Shown: one piece after another, positions 44,950-57,500 of the stretch
Numbering within the stretch: the stretch's first letter is position 1
How the letters are laid out: the number at the start of each line of letters is the position of its first letter
From: TPA_inf: Saccharomyces
Lineage: Eukaryota
NCBI GenBank assembly: GCA_000146045.2
Contig: BK006937.2
Coordinates: forward strand, 128,001-192,000
Reading direction: 5' to 3'
DNA length: 64,000 nt
Program-made: the position numbers and the translations under genes
Notes under the pieces: model-generated
Told to the model about the DNA's origin: nothing
Database searches by the model: none
The model's input: only the letters and a program-made list of their open reading frames with translations

Positions 44950-45440
44950 TTATTCTGAAGAAGCAGCATTTTCTTGGCCCTCAGCATCTTCTAATTTCTT
45001 CCCATTCTTCAATAAATTAATGTCCTTTTGAACTAAGCTCAAAGTAGTACCCTTAGAACCGTCGTCTCTCTCGAAGACATAGTTAGCAGCATCTGCTTCA
45101 ACATATACCAAAGCGCTGAATAAATTATGGAAAGGAAATGTTAGTAAATTATAACGCGTAATTGTAAAGTAAGTAAAATTGAAGAATAAATAACATACCC
45201 TTTTCTAACATATTCTGTCAAAAAATTGATTTGAGGTTCATTGAAAACGGTGATATTATACCAATTGGTTTGGCCATCTCTTCTTGGTTGCGAAGCGATA
45301 CTATATTTCAAATAACGATTGTTATTAGCAGAAGTATGTTCAGTGAATTCAGAGCCAATGCGGCCGACGATGGACATTTTCGAGAAGTCCATCTTCTTGG
45401 TAGTAGCATGGAAGAAACGAGCTTGAGTACGTAAAAACAT
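44950..45440 (-). CDS. RIM1: mitochondrial single-stranded DNA-binding protein, spliced. Exon 1 is 45199-45440, the intron is 45116-45198, and exon 2 is 44950-45115, giving 135 aa
   Basis: The 99-aa ORF (45141..45440) reads through a 5' splice site GTATGT at 45193-45198 on the minus strand. A TACTAAC branch point and a TTATTCAG acceptor follow. Splicing in frame adds GALVYVEADAANYVFERDDGSKGTTLSLVQKDINLLKNGKKLEDAEGQENAASSE. The total is 408 nt, which is 135 codons plus stop. Confidence 0.88.
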
Positions 45441-45825
45441 TACAATGGATTAGTGGATTTTTGTTTGTTTTGTATTTGTCAAGGACACACAATTAGCAAA
45501 TGACTTGTTATCAAATTCGTGGTATTTGTCTTTCTCAACTACTGTGTTAGCTTTTTTTTTTTCGTCTGGGCGCAAACGCCTTTTAAGCACTCCTCCACAA
45601 ATAATAAGTATTAGATGAAAAGTCCTAAAAGTCCGAAAAATGGAATAGAAAAGAACGAAAATACAGAATCTTTACAGAACATTATAGTACATAAGTGTAG
45701 TTCTACGTAAGTCTTAAACAAAGGTTTCAAAAGGAAAATATGATTTAGCGGCGCCACCTCCATAAATTATGGATTAGCAAACAAAAGAACAATTAATATT
45801 GAAAAATAGAAGCATAGCAGAAATA

Positions 45826-48438
45826 TCAAGCGAGACCATGGTAGTTACCAGTGGTCAAAGTTCTTTTTGTGTTTACATCGAGCCACTCACCACCAAATGG
45901 ATTGTTTTCATCCAGCTCCTGACAAGTCAAGGTGATTCCACTGCCGGCTCCGCTATGGGGTAGAGCCACGTTATCCGTCTCACTGATAGTGAATTTGGTA
46001 ATCACGCCTTTAGCGGATTCATGTGCCAGGCCGTCTGTAATAAATCTGGCGATTAATCTTTGACCTTCACCATTTCTTGTCAAAACAACTGGTTCTTTAA
46101 ATCTCCACGTTATTCTCTTCTTTTCTTTACTGAAGGAGCCCTGAGGTTTTGATAAAGCGCTTGTTGCATTAGCACCATCGATATTCACAAAGACAACGAG
46201 GTCTTCTATTACGATTTGTGATATTTCATCGGGTAAGCTTGGTGACATCTTGACAGTCAATACAACACTTGCCTGGTGAGATTCAAATCTCCAGACCGGA
46301 TGAATAACAATAGGCGCGATCGGCTCCTTTATGGAATATTTAATAGCTCCTAAGGTTCTAGAATCGATAAATGAAGGGTTAACTTTGAATTCTTCTGGAG
46401 CAACACGCTCAATAAAGGCTTGGTTCAGAATGACCTTTTCGAACTTAGCGCCATTATTGATTCTCAAATTAATACCGATAGGTAAAGGCGAATTCATGAC
46501 AGAATTGGGTAAATAGTTGAGGGCAATTTCCCCAATCAGTTGGGAGTTCTGCAACATACCGTCTTTGAAAGAAGCATTGAGCACTTCTGCGATACTAGCA
46601 TTCAACCCAAATTGAGATGTATCTAAAGAGGAGTGCTGAAACAACGATTGACCAACTAAAGATGTTGAAGAGCCCGTGGCTTGAGGATTTAGTTCTCTTA
46701 GCTCGCCAGTAATCTGAGAGGAGAGTGTGGAAACTGGACGTTCCTGGGGAATAGAGGACAAGGAAGAAGAAGTAGGGGTAGCGCCTGAGCCGTGATTAGG
46801 CAAAGAGTCATAGAGTTGAGAATCCCTGTTATGAATGAAATTTTGTTTCCTTGAGGGTGGTAAAGCAGGTGCGCGGATATGCAAGGGCCTTGAATCAACT
46901 TGACCTGAAGGTTGGTTATCAACCGTAGCAGTAGGAAGTGAAATACTGGGAGAGGCAGGCTCAACTGGTAATGGTTTTGTTTTTGATTGTGGCTGAAGTG
47001 GAGGTTGAGAAATTGATATCGGTACTGTCTTGGGTAAGTTACTTGAGTCTGGTTCTTTCGCAGTGGGTGGAGAACTTTGTTGTGGCGTTGAAGGAGGCAC
47101 TTCAGAAGGAGTAAAAGTTTGCGCAGGTGGTGTATCGGCAGTAACAGGTGCATCTACGTTTTTAGGAGTAGCATGGGGAGGAAGAGGAGGAGTGTCACTA
47201 GCTTCACCCGGGGTCCAATTGTTTGATTTTGATGATGAATAGGTGGGTCGACGTTGCTTCTGATAAATAGAAGAAGTTGCAGTTGAAGACACTCTGGTGG
47301 AAGAATTATTCGGAGTCTCAGTGATGGATGCCTGAATATGAGAGTTTGATGATGATTGTTGTTGTCTCTTGTTCTTGGTCTTATTTCTACCGAAAATTGA
47401 GCCCACTTTAGATCTTAGGGTGTGGGACGACTTTTTTGATTTCAAGGAAGAATTATTAGTAGAGTCTGAAAATTCGTTATTCATGAGATCATTATGAGTG
47501 AGACTGGAAGATGCAGAGGCAAGACGATGTCCAATGTTTCCAAATGCACTCTTACGCTTATCCTTTTGTGGGGATTTCTTTTCTCTTTCCGTATTAGCGG
47601 CACCATTGGATACAGAGACCGGGCGGGCACCAGTGGCAGAAGCTGGCGAAGCATTATTAGGAACTACTTCTTTGGAAGAAGAGGATAGTTGGAAGTTGTA
47701 TTGACTGGCATCTTTGGCAAAACGATCAATTTCACTTTGCGGTTCGAATGCCAGGAATTTCGTCATCACCGTTTCGCATTCTTTGGTAGTATTTAGTAAA
47801 TAATCGCTAAAACTGGTTTGAAATCTAAGCATACAGTTTTTTAAAGTGTCCAAACGGTTATAGTCAATAGTCTCGAACAGCTCAAACAAATAGGGGCTTT
47901 GCTGGTCCCATTGCCTTCTTGCCTCTTCTAAGTGACTAGAGTTTTCGTTATTCTTACTATAGTGCTCAATTGAAGCTGCATTTTTACTAAGCTTGGAATG
48001 TAAGTCCTTGCTTTCTCTCCAGCTAGTATTGTTCTCCACGGATTCCTTCAATTCACGAACGACTTGCTGGTCCAAAGTGTTGTAGTATTCTGTACTTGAC
48101 TTCAAATCTGATTTTAGTTCTTCAATTACAGTATCCCATACATTTCTTAGCTCTCCCAGCGAGTTGAATCTGAATGCACTCATTTCCTGCGGAGTCAAAA
48201 CATTACTTTCAATCATTTGAGCGTTTAAGATCTTTGTTATATCTTCATTTTCAGCTATTATTTTTCTCAATTGCTGAGCATAGTTCCTCTTCAGATTTGC
48301 CAATTCCTTAAATAACAGGTAAAAGTCTTTATTCAACAATTTGACCTGCGATAACCTGATTCTAATAGTTTCGGTAGCCTCGTAAGGACTCTTAGTAGTC
48401 AATATGCTATCTGCATATTTGGTTCTTTGTTCCGTCAT
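45826..48438 (-). CDS. SYP1: F-BAR / mu-homology-domain endocytic and septin-regulating protein, 870 aa
   Basis: ORF track 870 aa. It has an N-terminal F-BAR region, a long Ser/Pro/Thr-rich disordered middle and a C-terminal mu-homology domain. Confidence 0.88.
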   Translation of the reverse strand: MTEQRTKYADSILTTKSPYEATETIRIRLSQVKLLNKDFYLLFKELANLKRNYAQQLRKIIAENEDITKILNAQMIESNVLTPQEMSAFRFNSLGELRNVWDTVIEELKSDLKSSTEYYNTLDQQVVRELKESVENNTSWRESKDLHSKLSKNAASIEHYSKNNENSSHLEEARRQWDQQSPYLFELFETIDYNRLDTLKNCMLRFQTSFSDYLLNTTKECETVMTKFLAFEPQSEIDRFAKDASQYNFQLSSSSKEVVPNNASPASATGARPVSVSNGAANTEREKKSPQKDKRKSAFGNIGHRLASASSSLTHNDLMNNEFSDSTNNSSLKSKKSSHTLRSKVGSIFGRNKTKNKRQQQSSSNSHIQASITETPNNSSTRVSSTATSSIYQKQRRPTYSSSKSNNWTPGEASDTPPLPPHATPKNVDAPVTADTPPAQTFTPSEVPPSTPQQSSPPTAKEPDSSNLPKTVPISISQPPLQPQSKTKPLPVEPASPSISLPTATVDNQPSGQVDSRPLHIRAPALPPSRKQNFIHNRDSQLYDSLPNHGSGATPTSSSLSSIPQERPVSTLSSQITGELRELNPQATGSSTSLVGQSLFQHSSLDTSQFGLNASIAEVLNASFKDGMLQNSQLIGEIALNYLPNSVMNSPLPIGINLRINNGAKFEKVILNQAFIERVAPEEFKVNPSFIDSRTLGAIKYSIKEPIAPIVIHPVWRFESHQASVVLTVKMSPSLPDEISQIVIEDLVVFVNIDGANATSALSKPQGSFSKEKKRITWRFKEPVVLTRNGEGQRLIARFITDGLAHESAKGVITKFTISETDNVALPHSGAGSGITLTCQELDENNPFGGEWLDVNTKRTLTTGNYHGLA

Positions 48439-49179
48439 GAGAGGTGATTATTCGCAATTTTCAAATAAGCTTGCTTCAATACGACTACAGCAAAAGTAAT
48501 TCCTTTATTAAGGCAATAACTACGAGACCTTTTCTTTGTATTTCGTGAAAACTTGAATGCAATATAGAGTTTTTCAATCTGCAAGTACTTAAGGGGCCCT
48601 TTTAGCTACACATAATATAGAAATGAAAGATCACGGGCTACGAAAAGCCATTCATAATCATATACAAATATCACCTGTAATATATAAGAATATATGAGCT
48701 ATTGATTTTCTTCTACCGCCTGATTTAGTTGTTTTCACTCTTCAAAACTAAATTCAGTATTAGCGACAGTGGAGGTGCTAGTACTCTGTAAATGAAAGTA
48801 AACGCTGGTATTCATGTAGAGCACCAACCTGACTGTGAATGCGTAAGCTGAAACATGATAGCCGCCTGTAAAATATTGTTATCAATAAGTAGACCGGCTT
48901 ACACGAATAGGATTCGCTTTATTCTTTACTCCCCACTCAACCCTAAGCAATGTTCAAAATAGTGTGAGATTATTTTATGCGCGCCTCCTTCAAAAAAAAA
49001 TTTACATATATAACATAGGTGGAAAAACTTCCCTCCGATGTCTAATAAGTTAATCAATAGAATGAAATGGACACGAAAAGGCGTAGACATGGAAGATGAC
49101 AATGACGAGAACGTCATTTTTTTTTCCACGTATTTTAAAAAGGGGTAGCCTGCTTCACCAGATGTTCTTGTCAACAAAA

Positions 49180-49284
49180 TTCTAAAATGATGATTTTTTT
49201 AAACACAATTTATGCTAGATAGTATCTGAAAGCATTCAAACTTTATGATTACAGTGTTTTCGACAGTTTTAAATCTCTGAACCG
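49180..49284 (+). ncRNA. SNR65: C/D box snoRNA (snR65 / U18-like)
   Basis: C box AATGATGA lies at 49186-49193, D' CTGA at 49226-49229, C'-like ATGATT at 49245-49250 and D box CTGA at 49277-49280. A terminal stem CAAAAT (49174-49179) pairs with ATTTTG (49285-49290). The region is intergenic between SYP1 and RPS14A. Confidence 0.7.
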
Positions 49285-49499
49285 ATTTTGTAACTCTTGG
49301 TAATTGTGTCCTTACATTTCCGTAATGACGTTAATCAAATCGCAATCTTGAATCTTCTTAACTAAAAGGTTATAAGGGCTTTTTTTTATTACTAAATTGA
49401 CGTATGAGCTGATTTGATTATGGGCGCTATATAATTATATGTACACATTTTTTAACTGTAAAAAATAATACGGCAATACAAGTACAATACATGCATAAC

Positions 49500-50220
49500 T
49501 CATAATCTTCTACCTCTTCTACCACCCTTCTTTCTGGTGGAGTCAGATGGAACTGGGGTAACATCTTCGATACGGCCAATTCTCAAACCAGATCTGGCCA
49601 AAGCTCTCAAAGCAGCTTGACCACCTGGACCTGGAGTCTTGGTTCTAGTACCACCGGTAGCTCTGATCTTAACGTGAACGGCAGTGATACCGACTTCCTT
49701 ACACTTAGCGGCAACATCTTGGGCAGCCAACATAGCAGCGTATGGAGAAGATTCATCTCTGTCAGCCTTAACCTTCATACCACCAGTAACTCTGGCGATG
49801 GTTTCCTTACCAGATAAATCGGTAACATGAACGAAAGTATCGTTGAAAGAAGCGTAAATTCTAGCAACACCAAAAACTTGGGAATTGTCACGAGCTTGAA
49901 CAACGTCTAAATGGAAATAGTAAATCGATATCGGACGATATCAAACGTAATGTTGTTAGTATCCAAAAGTTTTTTTTTTTAATTCTTACATAGTATCTTT
50001 GCTTTTCCATCGAAAAAAAAGTTGACAAAATATACTGCCATTGACACAATAGGCTCAACTAATCGCTATGAATTACTTTGGAGGCAATGAATTCGTTGAA
50101 TTGTCTTTATGTTTCTGACTTTCAATGTATCTTGCACGTCGTCAGAAACATTCAACAACAATCAATGGAAAATAGAGATGCTTTAAAAATGTTCACTATG
50201 TGATTAAACATACTAGACAT
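49500..50220 (-). CDS. RPS14A: ribosomal protein uS11 (S14), spliced. Exon 1 is 50214-50220 (7 nt), the intron is 49907-50207 (301 nt), and exon 2 is 49500-49906, giving 137 aa
   Basis: On the minus strand ATGTCTA is followed by GTATGTTT. The intron ends TTTAG. Exon 2, ACGTTGTTCAAGCTCGTGAC..., gives [38 protein letters not shown]... in frame with the track ORF 49500..49778. Total is 414 nt, which is 137 aa plus stop. Confidence 0.9.
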
Positions 50221-50610
50221 GGCGGGTTCTTGTGGTTTCTTACTCTCCTTGGGTTTAAAATAGAATCTTCATTAAAAAGTGCTTTCTGTAATATATAGTG
50301 ATTAATAACCAATTCATTTCAACTGTCTACCTGAGGAAGCCCTGCACCATATGGAATGAGCCAGGAGGCGGGATGGTCTGCCGCAAGCAGACAAATTTGC
50401 CAAAATGCAGTAGAGAATGGCAATGCTCGTGCTGAAGGTGAAAAAAAGAACGCAAAAAAAAAGAGTAGTAAAATGTACAGATGTTTATTAAGTCCGTACA
50501 CCGCACGTAAGTACTCCAAAGCAGTCTCTATTACATTTTAAATAGGGAGAAAGAAGATACATAACAAGTATGAACAAGAACGATAATCAGTGAGTAACAA
50601 GAATAGAGAT

Positions 50611-50796
50611 GTCAGGCCCGTGTGAAGTACTTGAAAGTAATAAGTGAGTATATAGAATATACCAGAACTTGTAAGCTTTCGAATAACAAAAAGAGCCATT
50701 TGTACTTATTCTCGAACTCGGTTGTAGAGAGGACGTTGCCTTGAAAGTCACAAATCCCCTACAATAATACCGGTCCTTGGAATGTAAATTATTTTG
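50611..50796 (-). ncRNA. SNR189: candidate H/ACA box snoRNA (possibly snR189)
   Basis: On the minus strand the span ends ...GGGCCTGACATCT. The ACA (50614-50616) is 3 nt from the proposed 3' end. An H-box-like AGAATA sits near the middle, flanked by sequences that can form two hairpins. The placement relies partly on memory of an H/ACA snoRNA between RPS14A and BPH1. Confidence 0.4.
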
Positions 50797-51519
50797 TTAA
50801 TTTTCTTATAAGTTCACAGTTGAAAAAACAACGGTCACAGTGAATCAATAAAAGAAGGATCTCACTTTATAAAGAAAAGAACAGGAAAAAAAAATGTATA
50901 TCTGGGTATATTACCCGGCCCTTGATAATATTTTTCAATAATTTTGCCAGGTAACAATGTGATTCATGCATGGCTTAAAGAAAATACATTGCTGAAGCAA
51001 AAGCTCACCAAAAATTTGCGTTGCAAAGCTTTGTTTGCGGTATGTTAATAAAGTTACCATGAAGCTTTTTTACTGCTCTCAGACCATAAAGACAGGAAGC
51101 AACTTGTCATATCTATTTCGACTTCAGCGGTTATTTTCTTCAGCCCATTGATAAGGCGATATATGCCTAGAAGAAAGGAAGAGTGCAGACTTGATAATAA
51201 AGCAAGACCAAGAGCAACTAAATAGACTAAAATATAGAGCCTTCCAAACTGTTAGTTATTATTACTTAATACTCGTACGGGTGATGAAGGTAGTGACTTT
51301 GTAATCCGGGTAATGGGGAAAATAAGAAGCCTTCAAAGCTATAGCATTTGTCCCTACTGCATCGGCCCCTTTCCAGTACAATAGAATCTCGTTGATGTGA
51401 TTACTGATTCAACTGACCCAAATAAATCATTTGAAGAACTCATAAAAGGACTATAGCAGCAAGAACTGCAAGCCAATTGGTTCTTTCTCCTTTCTGCCAA
51501 AAAAAAACACAATACGGAT

Positions 51520-54500
51520 ATGAATTCAATTATTAATGCTGCTTCGAAAGTCTTAAGACTCCAAGACGATGTGAAGAAGGCTACTATAATATTAGGAGAT
51601 ATACTGATATTACAACCAATTAATCACGAAGTTGAACCAGATGTAGAAAACTTGGTACAGCATGAACTAACCAAGATAATACAAGGTTATCCCATACAGG
51701 ATAATATGATTATTAATAGCAAAAAAGGCACAGTTGAAGATGACTTATGCGAACTCAATAACTATACCTGTTTTGCACTTTCGAAAAGCTTTGATTTATG
51801 CCATGATAGCAGAAATTTCAACATAGCGCAGCCGAAACGATGGATACAATTATTAGAGACATTAACTGACTCAGTTAGTTTCGCAGTTATTGTTCAAATT
51901 ATTCTCACTTTATCTAACATTTCGCTAATAAATAAACAAACCTTGGGGAAGTTAAAAAAACTGAGGATTCGAATTTTCGAAATACTATCAAATAAAAACG
52001 ATAGTTGGAAATCTACATTACTACAGAAAAATCTTATAGAATGGTACATTTTTATGCTTTCCGTGGATTGCACACCTTTAGAATTGCAAAACTTATATCT
52101 CCATAAGGAGTTGAAATTCTGTAACGGTATCTTGAATTCATTAACACTCCAAGTTTCTGATCCTCGCTCACAAAATTACCTGCAATTTGAGAACACGTAT
52201 AAGCTTTTTCAAATACAAAAGTCATCTAGAATTAACAACTCGTTCCTTTTTTACATAGAATTCAATTCCGTTACCTCAAATAGGATAATGACCATAGAAA
52301 GACACATTTATTTGGAAATTAAGGAAGGCCAGTTTTGTATTTCAAATGATAACTACATAATCGGTTTATTTGAAAACTTCGAATTCGAAGCGGGCACTTT
52401 GTACTTTATTGGAGTTTTAATTGATCACAATAATCGAATAACTCTTTATGTTGATGGAAGTATGATCAATCAGCTCACGTTATTTGAAAACTCTATATGC
52501 CAATTAAGCACTTGTGAACTGGGATCCATGATTTGTTCAATTAAAGTATATAGATTTTATTTGTGGGATGGATTATTAACAGAATTTGCGATAAATATAC
52601 TTCAAGCTATCGGCACCAATTACCAATATACATTTAGCAAGAAAAAAGAAGGGCCTGAAGTTTTATCGCTCTGCCAAGACTTTTTGATCGCTAAGGCTCA
52701 TTTAATGGCCAGGCCTACAACAGAAATATCTTCCACAAAATACATCGATGAGATTGAACTTCTTGAAATGGAAAATATCATTATTGATGTTAACCCAAAT
52801 GATATTCTTCAAGATTTCACCGAATCGTCTAATTTTACGGTAAAATTTGAGGAAAGCACGAACTCGAAAAATATTCCGGAAGTGGGTAAGTGCTATTTCT
52901 ATAGGAGTTCAAACTTGGTTTCAAAATTTGTGTCCATTGATTCTATACGGCTTGCGTTTTTAAACATGACAGAATCCGGTAGTATAGACGATCTGTTTCA
53001 TCATGTATCACATCTGATGAATCTTTTACGAAATATTGATATTCTTAATTGGTTTAAAAAAGACTTTGGCTTTCCTTTATTTGCTTATACTTTAAAACAA
53101 AAAATAACACAAGATTTATCTCAGCCTCTGAATATCCAATTTTTCAATTTATTCTTAGAATTTTGCGGGTGGGATTTCAACGATATTTCCAAATCCATAA
53201 TTCTAGATACTGATGCCTACGAAAACATAGTCCTTAACTTGGATTTATGGTATATGAATGAGGATCAAAGTTCTCTGGCGTCAGGCGGATTAGAAATTAT
53301 CAGATTTCTTTTCTTCCAAATTTCAAGTTTGATGGAAGCCTCTATTTATTCTAAGTTCAATTCCAATAAATTCAATGATATGAATATCCTAGAAAAACTA
53401 TGTTTAAGCTATCAGGCTGTCACAAAAAGAGAAAATCAGAACAGTAAATTTAATGAGCTATCAAGTGATTTAATTTCTGTATTTGTTACTTTATTGAAAA
53501 GCAATACTGATAAACGACATCTGCAGTGGTTTTTACATCTCTCATATTACTTTATTAAGAGAAAAGATGTACGTTCTACAGAGATTATACTTCAAGCGGT
53601 AGATCAACTTTTTTCGTTTTACTTAGATCAAGGTAGTGACGAAAATGCGAAGATACTTTCAGAGATTATACCACTTAAGCTAATACTGATGATTATGGAT
53701 CAAATAGTGGAAAATAATGAATCAAACCCTATTACGTGCTTGAATATCTTATTTAAGGTAGTTCTGACCAATAAACCGCTTTTCAAACAATTTTACAAAA
53801 ATGATGGTTTGAAACTCATATTGACTATGCTTTGTAAGGTAGGGAAAAGCTATCGAGAGGAGATTATTTCTTTGCTTCTCACATATTCTATTGGCAATTA
53901 TACCACAGCTAACGAAATATTTTCAGGTGCTGAAGACATGATTGGAGGAATTTCAAACGACAAGATAACTGCAAAAGAAATTATTTATTTGGCTGTCAAC
54001 TTCATTGAGTGGCATGTGATTAATTCTAATGCCAGTGATTCTTCTTCTGTATTGGACCTGAACAACCATATATTAAGATTCGTCGAAGATCTGAAATCGC
54101 TGAGCGCTGTTCCGATTAATGAATCTGTATTTGATCCTAAAAAAAGTTATGTGATGGTTTCATTATTAGATCTCTCGATAGCTTTGAATGAATCGGAGGA
54201 CATCTCAAAGTTCAAGAGCTCTTCAAAAGTGATTTCAGAGCTCATTAAAGGTAATATAATGTGTGCTCTTACGAAATATGCCGCTTATGATTTCGAAGTC
54301 TATATGAGCACATTTTTTTGTCACAGTACAGAATACAAACTGGTTTATCCAAAAACTGTAATGAACAATTCCAGTTACTTAGAGCTATCATTTATAGTGA
54401 CACTCCTACCCGAAATACTTAATGACCTGGTAGATAGCAATAACAATTTGAACCTGATGATGTTGAAGCATCCATACACGATGTCAAATCTCCTTTATTT

Positions 54501-57500
54501 TCTTCGCAAATTTCGACCTGATACGTCACAGATAGTTATGCCTAAAGATTTTTATTTCTCAAGTTATACATGTCTCTTGCATTGTGTTATTCAGATTGAT
54601 AAATCATCATTTTACCATTTCAAAAACGTTTCTAAGTCGCAACTGTTACAGGACTTCAAAATCTGCATAATGAACTTAATATATTCCAATACTCTAAAGC
54701 AGATAATCTGGGAGAAAGAAGAATACGAGATGTTTTCTGAGTCACTGATGGCGCATCAGGAAGTTTTATTTGCACATGGAGCATGTGATAATGAGACCGT
54801 TGGCTTATTGTTAATATTTTTTGCCAACAGATTACGTGATTGTGGATACAACAAAGCAGTCTTCAATTGTATGAAAGTGATCATTAAGAACAAGGAAAGG
54901 AAACTAAAGGAGGTGGCGTGTTTTTTTGACCCAGCGAATAAAAGTGAAGTACTCGAAGGTTTAAGTAATATCCTCTCATGCAATAACTCTGAAACAATGA
55001 ACCTCATAACTGAACAATACCCATTTTTTTTCAACAATACACAACAGGTACGGTTCATAAACATTGTCACCAATATCTTGTTTAAGAACAACAATTTTTC
55101 TCCAATAAGCGTTAGACAGATCAAAAACCAAGTTTACGAATGGAAAAATGCAAGATCAGAATACGTCACCCAAAACAATAAAAAGTGCCTTATTTTATTT
55201 AGAAAAGACAACACATCCTTAGATTTTAAAATCAAAAAGTCCATATCAAGATACACTTACAACCTCAAAACGGATAGAGAAGAAAATGCAGTTTTCTATC
55301 GAAATAATTTAAATCTTTTGATTTTTCATCTGAAACATACACTGGAGATACAATCAAATCCAAATTCGTCCTGCAAGTGGTCATCGGACTTTGCAGAAGA
55401 TTTTGATGGGATGAAACGGAGGCTTTTGCCTGCTTGGGAACCAAAATATGAACCACTCATTAACGAGGAAGATGCTAATCAAGATACTATAACAGGTGGT
55501 AACAGACAAAGGAGAGAAAGTGGAAGCATTTTATCCTACGAATTTATCGAACATATGGAGACTCTTGAGTCGGAGCCAGTTGGAGATTTGAATGAGAATA
55601 GAAAAATTCTTAGACTTTTGAAGGATAACGATTCCATTGCAACTATTTGGAATTGCAGTTTGATTATTGGATTAGAAATTAAGGAGGGGATTTTAATTCA
55701 TGGCAGTAATTACCTTTACTTTGTAAGTGATTACTATTTTAGTTTAGAGGATAAAAAGATTCTAAAATTATCAGAAGTATCGCAAGAATCACGGGATATG
55801 ACGGTTAGCTTAATTAACGGCCCTGATGTTAAAAGGGTATCAACTTTCCTAAAGCACGAAGTCTTTGTTTGGAAACTTCTCGATATCACTTTCGTTACCA
55901 AACGACCCTTTCTACTTCGGGATGTCGCCATCGAATTATTGTTCAAAGAGAGAGTTAGCGCTTTTTTTAGTTTTTACAACAAAAGAGTGAGAGATGACGT
56001 TTTACGGGTACTGAATAAGATCCCGAAGCACCTTCCAGCAGATCCAATTTTTTCAAGCGTTTTACAAGAAATAAACGACCGAGGAAATAGTATAGTGGCA
56101 AGAAATGGAATAGGAAAGGCAAGCATTGCTTCTAAATTCACTAGCGTCTTCTCAGCGAACAACAGCCTAATAGATGGATTTGAGATCAGCAAAAAATGGG
56201 TTAGGGGAGAGATTTCTAATTTTTATTACCTGTTGAGTATCAACATCCTAGCGGGAAGGTCATTCAACGATTTGACCCAATATCCAGTGTTTCCGTGGGT
56301 TATTGCAGATTACGAAAGTAACGTACTCGATTTAGAGAATCCTAAAACTTACCGGGACCTATCGAAACCTATGGGCGCTCAAAGTGAGAAAAGGAAATTA
56401 CAGTTTATAGAGCGTTATGAAGCTTTGGCTTCCCTGGAAAATGCTGATTCCGCACCATTTCATTATGGCACGCATTATTCCTCAGCTATGATAGTATCTT
56501 CATATCTGATAAGGCTGAAGCCCTTTGTCGAATCCTTTTTGTTATTGCAAGGCGGAAGTTTTGGCCCTGCAGATCGTTTATTTAGTTCGCTTGAAAGGGC
56601 CTGGAGCTCTGCTTCTTCTGAAAATACAACGGATGTCAGGGAATTGACACCTGAATTTTTTTTTCTACCTGAATTTTTGATCAACGTTAATAGTTATGAC
56701 TTTGGTACAGACCAAAGCGGTAAAAAAGTTGACGACGTCGTACTTCCACCCTGGGCAAATGGTGACCCAAAGGTTTTCATTCAAAAGAATAGAGAAGCTT
56801 TAGAAAGTCCTTATGTATCAGCACATTTACATGAATGGATTGATTTGATATTTGGTTACAAACAAAAGGGGGACATTGCTGTGAAATCTGTTAACGTATT
56901 CAACAGATTGAGTTACCCAGGCGCTGTAAATCTAGATAACATTGACGATGAAAATGAGCGCAGAGCTATCACAGGCATTATTCACAACTTTGGTCAAACG
57001 CCTTTACAAATATTTCAGGAACCTCATCCGGAAAAAATAGCCTGCAATGTTCAACAGCTAACAACAGAGGTATGGCGTAAGGTTCCAATGAAGCCAATAT
57101 TTGAGAAGACAATCTTTAATTTGAATGAAAAGAACAGGTCCGTCGATTATGTTATACACGATCCTAGTTACTTCGATTCATTATACTGGAGGGGCTTCGC
57201 TTTCCCAAACTTGTTTTTCAGAACGGAAGAATCGTTAGTGTCATTGAGAATTGTGCATAAAAATTGGTTAAAAATTGGACTAGATATTTTTAAAAAGACG
57301 CATATGGCTCAGATTACATCGTTTGCGTACTGGAAGTTGGGCGAATTCATAACTGGCGATAAAAATGGGCTGATAAAAGTTTGGAAATATCGTAAAGATA
57401 AGCATTCGGTTTCAGGTAACCTTGAGAACAAAAAAACAATGTTTGGGCACCTATGCGAGCTAAAGGAGATGCGCTGTTATCACGACTACAATACGCTTTT

